Part shown: in pieces, positions 24,601-37,700 of the stretch
How the letters are laid out: every line of letters begins with the position of its first letter
How positions within the stretch are numbered: position 1 is the first letter of the stretch
Translations under genes and position numbers: made by a program
Notes under the pieces: generated by a model
What the model was told of the DNA's origin: nothing
The model's database searches: none
The model's input: the letters and a program-made list of their open reading frames with translations, nothing else
DNA from: Phoronis australis
Lineage: Eukaryota; Animalia; Phoronida
Reading direction: 5' to 3'
NCBI GenBank assembly: GCA_002633005.1
Contig: NMRA01000094.1
Span: 182,006-246,005 of the forward strand
Length of the DNA: 64,000 nucleotides

Positions 24601-27600
24601 AATTTGAACAAATTTTTATCAAGATTATGTTTCACTTAAAAGCCATTTATCATAGTTTCAATGCATTTGATTAGTAAAATACACTTTTATGGAAATCAAT
24701 AGTTCACAGTTAGCTGTAATAACTTTAATCAAAATATCAACAAGTATTTGTTATAATTCAACAATTCAGGGATTAAAGGAACACTAACTCACTAATACGA
24801 AACTGTAGAGCCTGACATTTTAGTTTTACACAAAACGAAATTTAAAACCCCAAATAAAGACAAGTTTGATGCTAATGTGTGAAACAAAACATGAATATGT
24901 TAAATAATTATATAACTTATTAAATAATTATATAACTTATTAAATAATTATATTAATTATTAAATAATTATATAACTTATTAAATAATTATATAACTTAT
25001 TAAATAATTATATTAATTATTAAATAATTATATAACTTATTAAATAATTATATAACTTATTAACACTTGAACAAGAAATGCCAGAGAGTTCTTGAGAAGA
25101 GCAACGCAAAGCGTTGAAGCACGACCACGACTGCACATCAAAGTTATGCTTCTAGGTGGCACACAATAAGTCGAGCTCATCCAAAAATGGAAAGGCATAT
25201 TGATCCCACCAAAAGACACCTGTTTGCCAACTTTTATGAAAATCCATCAAGGAATTCCAAAAATACAAAGGCAAACGGAAAATTAGTCATAAAACTGAGG
25301 ATGAAAAGCAAAAAACAAAATTGCCTCTAGGGGGTACTATGGTAGTCGGACTTGTCCGAAAATCAATGCCAGCTGTGCCCTAGGCAGTAGGAACACAGCT
25401 GCTAAGTTTCAAAACGATTCTTCAAGCACTTTGGCAGAGAGGCAGATGCCTAAAACAGACACAGAAATAATAAGAATGAAAAATACGCGGCAAAGAGAAC
25501 GTTGAATTGATTCGATAACATGTCATTGCAACCTAGTTTTCAGATTTCATGAAAATTTGTCAACAAACTCTGGAGTTACACAAATAGACATAAAATTGTC
25601 ACCAGGGGGTACAGCGGTTGACAGATCCATTCAAAAGTCATCCCCTTTAGTTGTCCATCCACATGAAAACACAATGCAAAAGTTCACAAACATCAAGGGG
25701 TTAAAAACATAGCTGTGGATGCAAAAATGTGCCATTAGGGGGTACCACAGTCTCTAGAGGGCTGTCTGGGACCAGGAGGGATAGTGTCACGTTTGCTCAG
25801 TGGGCGAAAAGACGAAGTAATTTATTGTAGATTTTCAGTGTTTTTAGAGGTCTTAAACTGCTGCCGGTGAACTGTCACATTTGCACCCGGGAGAGAACCC
25901 ACAACGGGTTTACCGACAGCATTTTTTACAAATTCTTTACCAGTTTAACTCAGTTGGTGTTAGATGTGACGCCACAAGAGCAGTAGTCACCAGAGTCGAC
26001 AACAGGAGTGACCCAGAAAAGTGGGTTTCATTAACAGGAACTGAACACATGAGAATGCTTGCGTAAACAGAATTAAAGCGGATTTAGGTACAGCAGTTCA
26101 GCAATGTAAATGGGGTTGTGTGCAGGCGCATAAAAAATAAATTGCCACTGGGGTGCAGAGAGGTAGTTAGATCGGTCGGTAACTCATCATCGGTTGTCAG
26201 CTTCATAGGAAGAGATCTGTCTAATCTCATAAAGATCCTGCAAGGAGTTCAGAAAATACACCAATGGATGACAGATGCCCGGAAATGATGGCAATATGAA
26301 CCCACACAGGTATATGTGGGCGCATAAAAATGCCATTTTTACAACTGACTTTTGCACTTACTCATTATCTCTGGTTTTGTACTGAGCTTCACTGTAGCTT
26401 TCTGGTAAACACTTTTCAAGGTTGACACGCTGAAACAAGCAACAAAGTGTAACATTACAAAGTGAATTATAAAATGTGTCCAGACATTCATCACTGTTCC
26501 ATTTTGGTATCAGACAGCATTAAGTAAGACAGCTAAAAACATAGTAATGTAGCTGAGGTTTATGTGCAGTTGATGTGCACACTGTGGTACCCTTGGTGTG
26601 CACACCTGTGGTACCGTTGGTGTGCACACCTGTGGTACCGTTGATGTGCGCACTGTGGTACCGTTGGTGTGCGCACTGTGGTACCGTTGGTGTGCGCACT
26701 GTGGTACCGTTGGTGTGCGCACTGTGGTACCGTTGGTGTGCACACTGTGGTACCGTTGGTGTGCGCACTGTGGTACCGTTGATGTGCACACTGTGGTACC
26801 GTTGGTATGCGCACTGTGACACGTCCTGCATGAGACTAGGCTCCACATGTTGACACATCCCAACATGTCCTGCATAAAACTAGGCTCCACAAGCCGACAT
26901 GTTATGGCATTTCCTGCCTAAGCAGAGTACAACAGTTGCCGATTTAAATCAAGTTTATTTCATCAACCGAATGCTAGCTTATAGTCACTTTTAATGATGT
27001 CCATCTTAGTGATGTTAGTGAGTGAGTTCAGACACAAATTTTCTCCATTTGGATTTAAGTCTTCAAAGTAAAAGACTTGATTAAAAGACTAAATATAATA
27101 TAATTAAATTATTATCTTTACTCAACGGAAACAGAGTGACCAACTACTGTTGTTAGGGTGAGCAGACCCAAATACAAATTTCATCAGAAACACTTGAAAA
27201 GAGTGTTAAATGATAGCTTTAGACATGCCGTTTACTACACAAATTTTTGAATTTTTCAAATCGGTTCAGCGGTTCTCGAGTTATTTGAGTTTTAGAGCCT
27301 CAAAAATGACCTTTTTTTCAGCAAACGGCACCCAGAAATTTCAGGCCACAAAAAATGGCAAGTTCAGACAACTACATTTGGGAATCCATAGCTCAGTGTT
27401 CTTAAAACAAGATGGAGAGTCCTTTGCAAGTAGGTTAACAACATGGCATAGACACCAAACCACAAATTATTATATTTTGCACGAACAAGAACAACAAAAA
27501 TTGAAAAATTCACTATCGAGTTTTTTTTCGGCTTGTGACAGTACATTTTTGTCCCTGAAGCTAAGTTGAACAAGTGATGTTTTAAAAAGAGAGCAACTTA

Positions 27601-30600
27601 TTTTCTAAAAATGAAACTGATCACAGCGCCCCCACGAGGTAGTAAAAGTGTAACAAAAATATTTTTGAAGAAAATAGAAAAAAATGACTCTATCCCCAAA
27701 ATTGAAGTAAATTAAATTTTAAAAGAATTCTATATTATTTTAATGAAAATATTTTTCCAGGTTTGGGCCACTTTTTGTAATTTAGAGAAGTTTCGACTGG
27801 TTCTGTTGAATACATTTAACCAATCTGGTTCGAGTTTAGTTTGATCCCTGGAAAGGTCAATATGGTTCTTGAAAAATGACTGAAGTTACCTTTTTAGAAG
27901 TGTTCCTAAATGGAAATGGTGAGATAAAGTGAAAAAATTTGATCAGGAATGGATTAGGACATGATAAGTGATTATGACATTGAGTGTACACTTTCAAGAT
28001 TTTTCCAGGTGAGAGAGTGGCGAGGCAGTAAATTAAAAAAGTACATTTTCTCATATTTTCGTCAAAGAAATAAAAAGTGTACACTCAGGGTTGAAAGCAG
28101 AATTTTGTAGCAAACAGTTTGATATAAATCGGTTCAGTAATGGCCATTTAACAGCTGAAAGTTTGACCCCTACTAAAAGCAACACCAGAAATATCTGACA
28201 TGGGCAGTGCGCATGCGCAGCCAGCAGCTAACTATTCCCCCACAGAAATACACAAAAGAAGGGGTTTTCCGAGGAATTTTGATTTAGGGGAGACAACTCT
28301 GCAATTTGCCGATAGCTAGCGTGAAAAACATAGATCTAAGGATTCATTATGCTGAATATTGGAAAGATTGGTGAAGAGTTTTCGGTGTCCATTGAAGTTT
28401 GAAGTTTGCCCATGTTGATGGTACACATCCAATCGCCCGGAAGGCAATATTTGAGCCCAAACCCATTTTCAAATAAAATCTGTGGAGAGCATAATTCAGT
28501 TCCCTTGTTTGCCGATAGCGGAGGTCACAAACAGTGTGACCTAGATATCACAAATGCTGTTTTCAAACGAATTTTCTCAGTGAAAAAAACCAGTGTCCAA
28601 CTGGGTGTTGAAAACGGGTTTGCGGCCAGAAATGTAAAAAGCACTCACTTAAAGTTTCGTGGTCTGTGGTACGATTTGCAAGCCCTAATGAGGAAGATTT
28701 AGCCCGGAATGGTTATGTTCATTCCCAGTAGTGCAACAAGAAGCAGTCGGTCATGTATTTTGCTAAAAAAATGAATTCTGAAATTATTGCACATAGAGCA
28801 CTTCATGAGACGCAGCTAGGTTAAGGTTGTACTAGATCTTTTTAACATTATATTGCTGTTTTTAATTTATGCTGTGTTGAAGGTAACACATTTATTAAAA
28901 AAAGAACTCATACCAATAGACGGATCCATGGAATTAAGATGATGGGGGCCCCGACCTCAGTTTCTGAAGGATAAACCTTCATAATAGCCTTGCGAGAGGC
29001 GTGATGTCAATTTTTGTAGGACAAACCCTCATGAGATCCCTGAAAACGAAAGGTCGGTCCCATTTTTTATCGTGTGCAGAATGAGAGAGCCCGGGCCCCC
29101 TCGGACCCCCTATATCCATCTATGCAGCGTACCGTCACGGTTTGATAGGCGGATCCACGGGGGTCAAAGAGTTTCGGATCCCTTTTTCCCTTGATTTTAA
29201 TTATGTAAAATCTAGAATTTTCGAATTGTTGACTTGGAACCTTTTTTAAATAAAACCTGGATCTGCCCCTGCATTTGGTTTCAAAACAGATTGTGCGTGT
29301 ACAGATAAATAATATGGAACGAAATTTTATCATTCCTGAATCGGCAGTAGGTATCAGAAATGGCTAAGGATTTCAGGAACTGAAAACGACATGTCAATGC
29401 CATTTTTATCGTGTGCGAAAGGGAAGCCTAAATCCAGTTATGCAGTGTAAAGTTTGGTTTCAAAACAGATTGCGCCGGTAAATGTACAAGTAAATAATAT
29501 GGAATGGACTTTCCAGCAACAGAAACAGGAGTTCATATAGTAGCCAGAAAAAAAAACAAATGAGTAATTTTTATTCAAAACTTTATTTTTTATAACGATA
29601 AACATACAAAATGCCACCAATGCTGCTTTAAATAGCAGTGTTCAGATTTAAATAGTAAATTACTAGAATGGAAGATTTAGCCAGTTCATATGATGTGTTT
29701 GCATGCAACAAGAGATTGTTGTGAAAACAGCAACATCACTTAGCACGAAATGAACATCATAAATGAATACGGGTGAGGTCAATTTCCCATTCATACTTAG
29801 CTTTTTAAATCGTATTTTCGAGCATGTACATGCTTAATTATGTCGAGCCCTGCATGCAATGAATATAGTGTTGGTATAATACCGACTTTACCCTAGCTAA
29901 GATTGGAATCATCTACCAATGGTCACTACAATACTGCGAAAAGTGCTCTTTTTGACTGCCTCTTGATTTTGAGAGTTGGCAATAGCTTGGTGTACAGAGG
30001 GGCAAAGTCTGGTGTTAAAGGCACTCTGGTTCCCAACTGCAGTCTCTCTGGCGATTTATGTAAGCAAAAGGTCCAGCCAACCTAAAAATAAAAGCAACGT
30101 ATCAGCAGCAGAATTTCCAGATTTACATAGAATAAATCAACCACATCGGCATTTTGTTAGTCTGAATGGAAATTAATTTGTTTTGCAGCATAATGCCATA
30201 ATGCTAACCTAAAGATACTTATTTTAAGCCTGAGGACTGAGGTCAGACAGCTGTGCTTGTGTTGCAAGTGATAGTACATACGTGCAGAAATGAATTCGTT
30301 GAGTGGGAAAGTGTAACAGACGTAATAAGGCTACATTAAAACACATTTCACAGACCATTGCAACTATAAAATAGTTAATAATAAATCGACAGTAAAATCA
30401 TTAAGTAATTGTGTGCAGCAACAACTCGGTTGGTCTGCAGTCACTGAGTCACTGAATCAGCTGAGCTGTGCTACACCAGCTATGCCTGGCATGTTTATAC
30501 TCACTGTTTCCGATTTTCCTCAAGCTATGACACGTTCAACTTGCCGAAATTCCTCGCCCACAGTCTCGACGTGCTTCGGTAATTTAAATTCCGTGATATC

Positions 30601-31350
30601 AATATCAGATTCCACCAAACTTTTAAGTTAATTTCAATTCTTGTTGATCACCTCCTTCATGAGTGTAAACGCAAAACAAGATAACTGACCTCTGACCTAG
30701 ACTGTGATTGGCAAACACTCACACGACGATCGCCACCTTGCGGATGGCCTAGTTCACGAATTTCTGGTGATGTCACAAGAATTTACAGGTGAGTGAAAAA
30801 TTTGTGAAGTGCTCGCTTTACTTCAATTTTTAAAAATACTCATTAATGCCCAAAGTTTTTTTAATGGATATCAATAGAAAGAAGAAAAATTAAATATTTC
30901 ACTGGCATACTTTTCATTTTTCACCACTTAGCATGCTAATAGATATGAGCTTGTGAAAATCATGAAAAATGGCAAAATTTCGCTCTTGCTGAATTTCTGC
31001 CATATTGGTTTGCTCACCCTACTGTTGTGACCAGCAACTGTCAAGTTGCTTGTAGCAGAACAAGAAGTCAATTAGTAGGTGCAAGCATAGGCTGACCCCA
31101 GTAGAGACGGTGAAGCTCCTGTAGAGCTTCACCGTCTCTACTGGGGTCAGCTAGAGACAGTGGTAACTGCTGCTAGTGTAGGCAATTACATCGCCCTGGA
31201 TGCCGCAGGCATACACCAACCAAGGGGCTACGTTTTGCGTACTGCTAGCGTAGCCAAAGAACGTACCCTGTCAATGAAAATGGTGATAACAATAACAAGA
31301 TGCGCAGTCAAGCAAAGAAATCTTGCTGGGACGACTCCATGCACAGTCAT
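21503..31350 (-). CDS. TMEM107: Transmembrane protein 107 (ciliary transition zone), 4 exons: 31350-31267, 26429-26362, 24493-24393, 21663-21503; 137 aa
   Basis: Spliced product MTVHGVVPARFLCLTAHLVIVITIFIDR|RVNLEKCLPESYSEAQYKTRDNE|FIAALSLTLIFFVLEYIGFFAGITMFAYTHSMLS|IVVHAAGSVVCSFFLFDTWPCTTYWTIFGCCSALPAVSEIFVMIAVLKFQKT aligns by eye along its length with human TMEM107 (VPSRFLTLLAHLVVVIT...WECTTYWYIFVFCSALPAVTE); exon phases are consistent (84+68+101+161=414 nt). Confidence 0.93.
21967..22150. repeat. 18-bp minisatellite, about 10 copies
   Basis: caaccagttactcaacgt. Confidence 0.95.
22417..23936. mobile_element. Non-autonomous Tc1/mariner-pogo-like DNA transposon in TMEM107 intron 3
   Basis: TA|ccgtattcgccgtaataaccgccc ... 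gggcggtt-attactgcgaatacgg|TA; TA duplication; subterminal ataagcgcccc at both ends; no transposase ORF. Confidence 0.8.
23998..24239. repeat. 56-bp inverted repeat (1 mismatch), 130-bp spacer
   Basis: Arms 23998-24053 and 24184-24239; weaker similarity extends about 25 bp outward. Confidence 0.92.
24393..24493 (-). CDS. TMEM107: TMEM107 exon 3
   Basis: ttgcag|G; FIAALSLTLIFFVLEYIGFFAGITMFAYTHSML; donor T|GTATCCTTT (U12 type), 101 nt. Confidence 0.9.
24899..25063. repeat. 20-bp AT-rich minisatellite, about 8 copies
   Basis: taaataattatataacttat. Confidence 0.95.
25070..26330 (-). mobile_element. Helentron/HINE-like element
   Basis: Same termini and internal subunits as 50111-51743 in reverse (agagcaacgcaaagcgttga ... 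atatgtgggcgcataaaaa); more decayed. Confidence 0.65.
26362..26429 (-). CDS. TMEM107: TMEM107 exon 2
   Basis: tttcag|CGT...RVNLEKCLPESYSEAQYKTRDN...GA|gtaagt, 68 nt. Confidence 0.88.
26570..26818. repeat. 23-bp minisatellite, about 10 copies
   Basis: ctgtggtaccgttggtgtgcgca. Confidence 0.95.
27154..31021. mobile_element. About 3.9-kb TIR element (hAT-like) in TMEM107 intron 1
   Basis: tagggtgagcagacc ... ggtttgctcacccta, flanked by direct repeat ctgttgt; no intact ORF; small GGCGGATC-type MITEs nested at about 28915-29272. Confidence 0.75.
31091..31151. repeat. Perfect 28-bp inverted repeat with 5-nt loop
   Basis: gctgaccccagtagagacggtgaagctc-ctgta-gagcttcaccgtctctactggggtcagc. Confidence 0.95.
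31267..31350 (-). CDS. TMEM107: TMEM107 exon 1
   Basis: ATG at 31350; MTVHGVVPARFLCLTAHLVIVITIFIDR; donor AGG|gtacgt. Confidence 0.9.
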
Positions 31351-31776
31351 GATGATGTCGATGTATTGGATATGAACAGCGACAAAGATGAGGTCAATAA
31401 CCGGCGATAACGAAACGTGTCTCGTTTCAGTAGACAGCAATCAACGCCAACGACAGGTCTGTTTTTGTTGGAAACAAATCAACAGATGCAATTAATGTTT
31501 GATAAAAACGAAATGACTTATTTAGAACACAAATCAATCCGGCAACTTCGCAAATCATTAATGATTACATTCACATAAAACTTCAACCGTTTTGGAGAAA
31601 ACTACACAAAAAACGCAAAATATAGCCAAGTTTCCTAGGTGAAGTTTGGATTTCGCGGACATCTTTCCCAAAGCATCCGGAAATAACGACTGCGAGAAAT
31701 TGCGAGATTTATTACTGACATGCGCATTGTTTAGCCACGTAACTCTTGTGCGAGTGGTGAGCTTGTGAATGACAAA
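31351..31776. promoter_or_regulatory. Bidirectional promoter region TMEM107/COPB2
   Basis: Only 426 bp between divergent start codons; contains ETS-like CCGGAAAT (about 31677), NRF1-like CATGCGCA (about 31719) and GCCACGT (about 31734). Confidence 0.7.
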
Positions 31777-31779
31777 ATG
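31777..31779 (+). CDS. COPB2: COPB2 exon 1 coding part (ATG only)
   Basis: caaaATG|gtaagt, perfect donor; the next exon starts PLRLDIK in phase 0. Confidence 0.8.
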
Positions 31780-34700
31780 GTAAGTTGCAACTAAAAATCT
31801 ATTGTCATTTGATAAGTTATGTTAAGTAACGAGTGTTTTATGTGGAAGACAAACTCATCTTTCATGGCTGGAAAGATTAAGAGCCACCAACCACTTCTAA
31901 ATTCAGAGTACACAGGATCGTCAGTCACTGAATCGGTGATCCCGAGATACGTAACCCGTCGACGTCGTAACCGTCTTATGCTCTGCAAATAACTATTCAC
32001 AGACGCTGTATGTAAACAACAACTTACAGACTCGCTCGAAGACATTGTTACCCTTGAAACACAAGTTTTTCTACATGTTGCTTATAAAAACGTTGCGTGT
32101 GGTAGTTGTAAAGCCTAAACCGGTGTTGTAGATGTGCTTCCGGTGAATGAGCCTCTGTTAGCTACTCCGTACTCGCTAACTAGGCAACACGTAGCCCCTC
32201 GGTTGGCCGGTTAGGGGGGCACTAGTCGGATATAATGGACCCTAACTTATTCCAAATAAATCCACTAAATGTAGGTCTAAATGAATGATTTTGGTATCGT
32301 TGCATTCCTCAGACATCTGGCTATTCGTACAACTCATTTTCACGACCCTCAATTACTCTAGTCTATAGCTACGCTGTTCCGAACTCGGTCCACTTTAGCC
32401 ACGCGCATCGTGAAATCGGCAGCCATTTCAGGGAACTTACTGTATCTAGCGACATCTATCGGCGATTTGCAACAACATGCGCTGTTCCTTTTTCATCTGT
32501 CAACGTCATTGGTCGATTTCGTCAATATTATTAACGTCAGTCGTTATTAATCATCTGCTCTCGTCATCACCTTCGTCGTCTCTCTCACGATCATATCTGT
32601 CATCGTCATGTTATCGTCGTCCATGTTGACTGATNCGTTTGAATCAACGAATACTATATATTTGTGAGAGTTAAATCAAGTCCTATTCAGATCATAACTT
32701 TGAAGTGGAATAATTGGGTGAGTAAGACAACAAGCCGGTTTTATGCTTAGGCGGACGACTATAGGGTTTCGGAGTGTACATTCCACACTTAAAACTACCA
32801 CTTAAAAGGCGCTTACTTTCTTCATTGGTCCTTTCTACTTCTATAGTTCTATACATATCTTCGATGAAGCTTAGTTGTGAGAATTAAGGTGACTTTAGCG
32901 AAGAATTCCAACTCCACTTCTTTGGTTGCCATTTACTTTTTCACCACACGTGCTATAACCACAAAGAATGCCAACTGAGTTACGTGAGTTAGGCAAAGAC
33001 CAGCGCGAGACTGAGCGAAGTGTGTGACACTAGCGCGTGACACTTACAAAATAGCATGACATGGTATCAGGTGAAATTTATAAGATTTGTGTCCCTTGGA
33101 CTTTTTATTTGTCAACATGCGTGATGTCACGTAACTTCCTCAAAATGGCACCTGGTAAGATAAACTCGAGCAAACCGCCACAGATTTTTATCGATTTGTT
33201 CAAACGAGTAACTTTTCGTGGGGATTTTGCATTTTTTTTAAATTCAAAAGCAAATAACTCAAAAATGGTAAGTCTGAGAAAAAAATTGTTAGAGATCATC
33301 TGAAAGAGTATAACCTCAGAAAATCCACATGCAAAAATTCTCATCATTTTCTCTTCCCGTTCAAAATGGCACTCCAACACGATTGAAAACAGGTGAACAT
33401 GTGCCGGATTTGCCATCTTGAGAGCAACTTCCGGTTTAGCAGCAATTTATAATAACTAGCTACAAGAAACTAACACCTGAAAAATTTTGAAGCATTTGGT
33501 CCTACAATGCACCCTCTCCTGGACAAAATATTTTTGTCCCAAAATTGAAGTGCGCTCACACAATGGCTGATATCTGCACATTTGAAGTACACGTCAGCAA
33601 CAATAATTGTCCCGATTTTCATTTGTCTACGTCAAAAATTGCAGCCTCTATGAGCATTTGAATCTGAATTCAAAAACAAAATGGCACCACCTCGGCCATC
33701 TTAAATCCGATCGTGGCCCAAAACAATAGGGACTACTGGTTGTGTGTGAATTTTGTGAAAATCACAAGAAAAATGCGACCTGTCGAGTGCGAACAAACAA
33801 AAAAAACTTGATGGCAAAGCAACACATTTATTTCGCCAAGTAATAAAGTTTTTACCTTAACAAGAGCTTTATTAACAGTGATCGTGGGCATTTTGCACAC
33901 TCTTACTATAAAGCAATTTAAGAACTGGCACCAAATATTTTGAACTGAACGTAAACCAATGTTTAAAAGCCTGTCTGTCAGTGGGGGATCATTCTAACTA
34001 GTGTGCCACAAGGCAAACACAAATTTACATACAGCGCAGCCCAGTAAATTCACTTAAAAAAGTATTTTAGAACTGCAACAGTTCTTAATATGTGCAGTCT
34101 TATCTCCACAATTAGATAAATAACTACCTGGGAAGAATAAGTATTCACAAAACTTTCTATTGGAACTTGTCATCTCCTGCCGAAGTTAATGCTGCCATTG
34201 TCGAGGTTACTTCAAGTCACCCAAGTGTAGGATTTTTCTTTTCGGCGTTCTTACTGTTGCAAATCTGAAAATAAAATTTACAAAAGGTGTTCAAATTTTG
34301 TGTCTTGTGTATATTTGATGAGCTGAAATGTTCAAGTCTTTTAAGCTTCTTCCGCTGTTTTTATTGTGTTCACGATATGGAAATGGCTTCAATGAACAGG
34401 AGCTAATGTAAGTGAGTCAAGTAAAACGCAAAATTGTGTACTAAGTTTTAGTTAACTTTATGAAATATACACACTGTCAGAAAGAAAAAGTAGTATTATA
34501 CTTTGAACTCATTAACGCTGTAGGTTTGATTAGTTTTCTGGAACTGATGCTCTCATTGTATGTCATTGTCTGTTTTTACAATTTTGTTTCATTTTGGGAT
34601 TAACTGAAAATGAAATTCTTGCTGTCTAGGTGGCGTAGGATTGAATAATTTCCTTTTAATTTTTAATGATCATTAAGTTTCACAATTCAAATCTAATTAC

Positions 34701-37700
34701 TTTTCTAAGTAATCGAGCCGTCCAATCAGATAAAACAGGTCAAAGGTCATTAGGTGCAAACTAAAATTTTGATCTAGACACTTCAAATTCACATGTCTAA
34801 TTGGTACTTGTAATTCAATTCGAAATCCAAAGTTTCAGGTCATTTAGTGCAACCATGGGGTCATTAGGTGCATTTTTCTTCTAAAAATTTGTCCTTTTCA
34901 TTCACCAAGTATACTGATGTGTCAACAACTAGATAACTGTGATTCCCTGCATTAAACACACTTTTCATAGACTTTGCAATCATTCTCCTAAAGAGGCTTA
35001 TATTGCACCAGATAGGGTCAATTAGTGCAAAGGTCACCTAACTTTCAAATTGTTATTTCACCTACATTTTTCAAGGAATTCTTTTTCAATGTCAGCAGGC
35101 TGGTGCAAACCAATATGCCAATCAATCACCCTACTTTATTAAGCAATAGGCCAACCCAACCAGAAAAAAATAGATCAAAGGTCATTGAGTGCAAACTCAT
35201 CATTTGAGCTAGAGACTTCAAATTTGCATATCTTTAGTAAATGTGATTGAGTTAGAATTCTAAAGTTTCAGGTCAATTGGTGCAACCATGGGGTCATTAG
35301 GTGCATTTTTCTTCTGAAATTTTGACCAATTAATTCTTAGCACTAGCCTCACTTTTCATAGAGTTTACACTCGTTTCCTCATCGGGACTCATAATGCACC
35401 GGAAGGGGTCAATTATTGCAAAGGTCATCAAATAATCCACATGTAATTCCTCCTACAGTTTTAAAGAATTCTGTTTCATATTGGTAAACGGATTGTTGTC
35501 AGTAATACGCATGCGCAGAGTCCATTATTGTCATGCCGTCTAGTTTGTAAAACTGTTGGTGTCTTTTTGCACCTGTTGTGACACGTGACTTCTGAGTATG
35601 AAAATAATACCTTGCCAAATGGCGGAGTGGAGACAATTGTCTCTTGATTGAATGGTTTAGAGGTGTGACTCACACTACTGACTTGTGTTTGGTTCTCACA
35701 CTGGCCATGTCAATGTTTGTACTAAGGCACCTTACATTGGTAGAAGTCACGATAATACAAGATGTCAGCACTTCTCTCTAGGCAACTCCCAGAGATGTAG
35801 CTTGCAATGCCTGATCTGAGTTGTGTTGAGAGACGTGACTTCTGGGTATGACGTAGAGTTGAACAAAGCCTCTGTAAATCCTTTGCTAATAGGCAATTGC
35901 CTCTTGGCCAAACAGTTAGGATGCTTGACTCACACCGATACCTACTTGCAGTACATACAGTTTTGTACACACCTGACAAAACTCAGAACATGTGCAATTG
36001 CTTTCTGATTGGTTTGCTCGTTCAGTAACAAAATTGTAATTTTCAATGAAAACTTCTGAGTTAGAATGGAGACTTCTGGTTTCCCTGAGAATTTTACTTT
36101 GAAATATATCTACAATGAACCTGTCTGAAAGAAAGTGGAATTGCTGGGGTGTGTGTACTCTTGTTGGAAGGATTTCAAGGGATATTGATGACCTCCATGG
36201 GGTCTCAATAGTCAAAATTTTAGCAATATGTCTTTGTCTGTTGTTGGAATCAAGGAATTAAAGGATTTGTAAACCTTCCACTTAATTTTGCTGAAATTGA
36301 CAGTTGAGGCAGATTTCCAAGTAGTTTGACCTGCATGTTGACTAGACTATATGTTGGTCACAGAATTGGTGTGACTACCGCAGTCCAGTTGAGAATTTTT
36401 TACTTGAGCCAAGTTTTGAATCTGTGACATGAACAGCACTTGTGTTTCAGCCGTTACGTTTGGACATCAAGCGTAAGCTGTCGGCCCGGTCTGACCGGGT
36501 CAAATCTGTTGATCTTCACCCCACAGAGCCGTGGATGTTGGCCAGTCTGTATAATGGCAATGTACATATATGGAATATTGAATCACAGGTATGGTGCAAC
36601 GGCTTGTCTTGTACATGCTTACAGATCTTCATATCGTGAAATGTGTGAGACTAGGGTGCATTTGTAGGTTGACAACATTTTGAAACTGAAAATATGAAAC
36701 CATGAATAACGCAGGAAAGCACAAACTGGAAATCAACATTAAAGTGTGGATAATTGCACACAGATTGATAAATGTGACTTGTAATGGTTTATTACATATT
36801 GATAACTTTAATGTGACTTGTGATGGCATATTACATATTGATAACTTAAATGTGACTTGTAATGGTTTATTACATATTGATAACTTAAATGTAACTTGTA
36901 ATGGTTTATTACATATTGATAACTTAAATGTGACTTGTAATGGTTTATTACATATTGATAACTTAAATGTGACTTGTAATGGTTTATTACATATTGATAA
37001 CTTAAATGTGACTTGTGGTGGTGTATTACATGTTTCCGTGATGACCTGCTTTTTATTTCTATTTACAAAAGTGTGAACAAAAATAATGTAGCTATTGCCT
37101 TTCTTGCAGACACTGATTAAATCCTTTGAAGTGTGTGACCTTCCTGTAAGAAGTGCCGTGTTTGTGGCCAGAAAGAATTGGGTGTTGACTGGATCAGTAA
37201 GTAGTCAACTCAACTGTGGACTACATCAGTATGTAATCAGTTGGTGTGACTAGACCAGTGCGCAGTCAACTGGATGTTGACTTGGTCAGCAAGTCGTCAA
37301 TTCAACTGGGTGTTGACTGAATCAGTTCGGTGTTGATAAGATCGGCATGTAGTCTTGAACTGACTTTTGACTAGGTCAGTATGTAGTCATTTGGGTGTTG
37401 ATTAGATCACTAAGTAAACTGGGTGTTGGCTTAGTAAATTGTCAAGTTAACCTGTTATTGCTTTTAGTACAGTCGGGAATGTCTGCATGCACACTAAGTT
37501 ATTGCTGTAGCAGAAAGGACCAGCCAAACAAAAGTGCACCAGAAATGGCTAGCCAAATAAAAAGACTTTTGTCTTGTGGTTTATCTTTCAGATAGTTATA
37601 AGATCAATAAGCAAATTTTTAGAGTACTGTTGTGTCACCAGAAACGGACGTAAAACGCATGAATGTTTCATGGTGCTGGTCAGTTTAAGGTGACCAAGAG

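Noticed and set aside
21941-26890. Repetitive ORFs (NQLLNV, STSYST, VPQCAHQRYH)
   Set aside because: Translations of intronic minisatellites, open in several frames on both strands.
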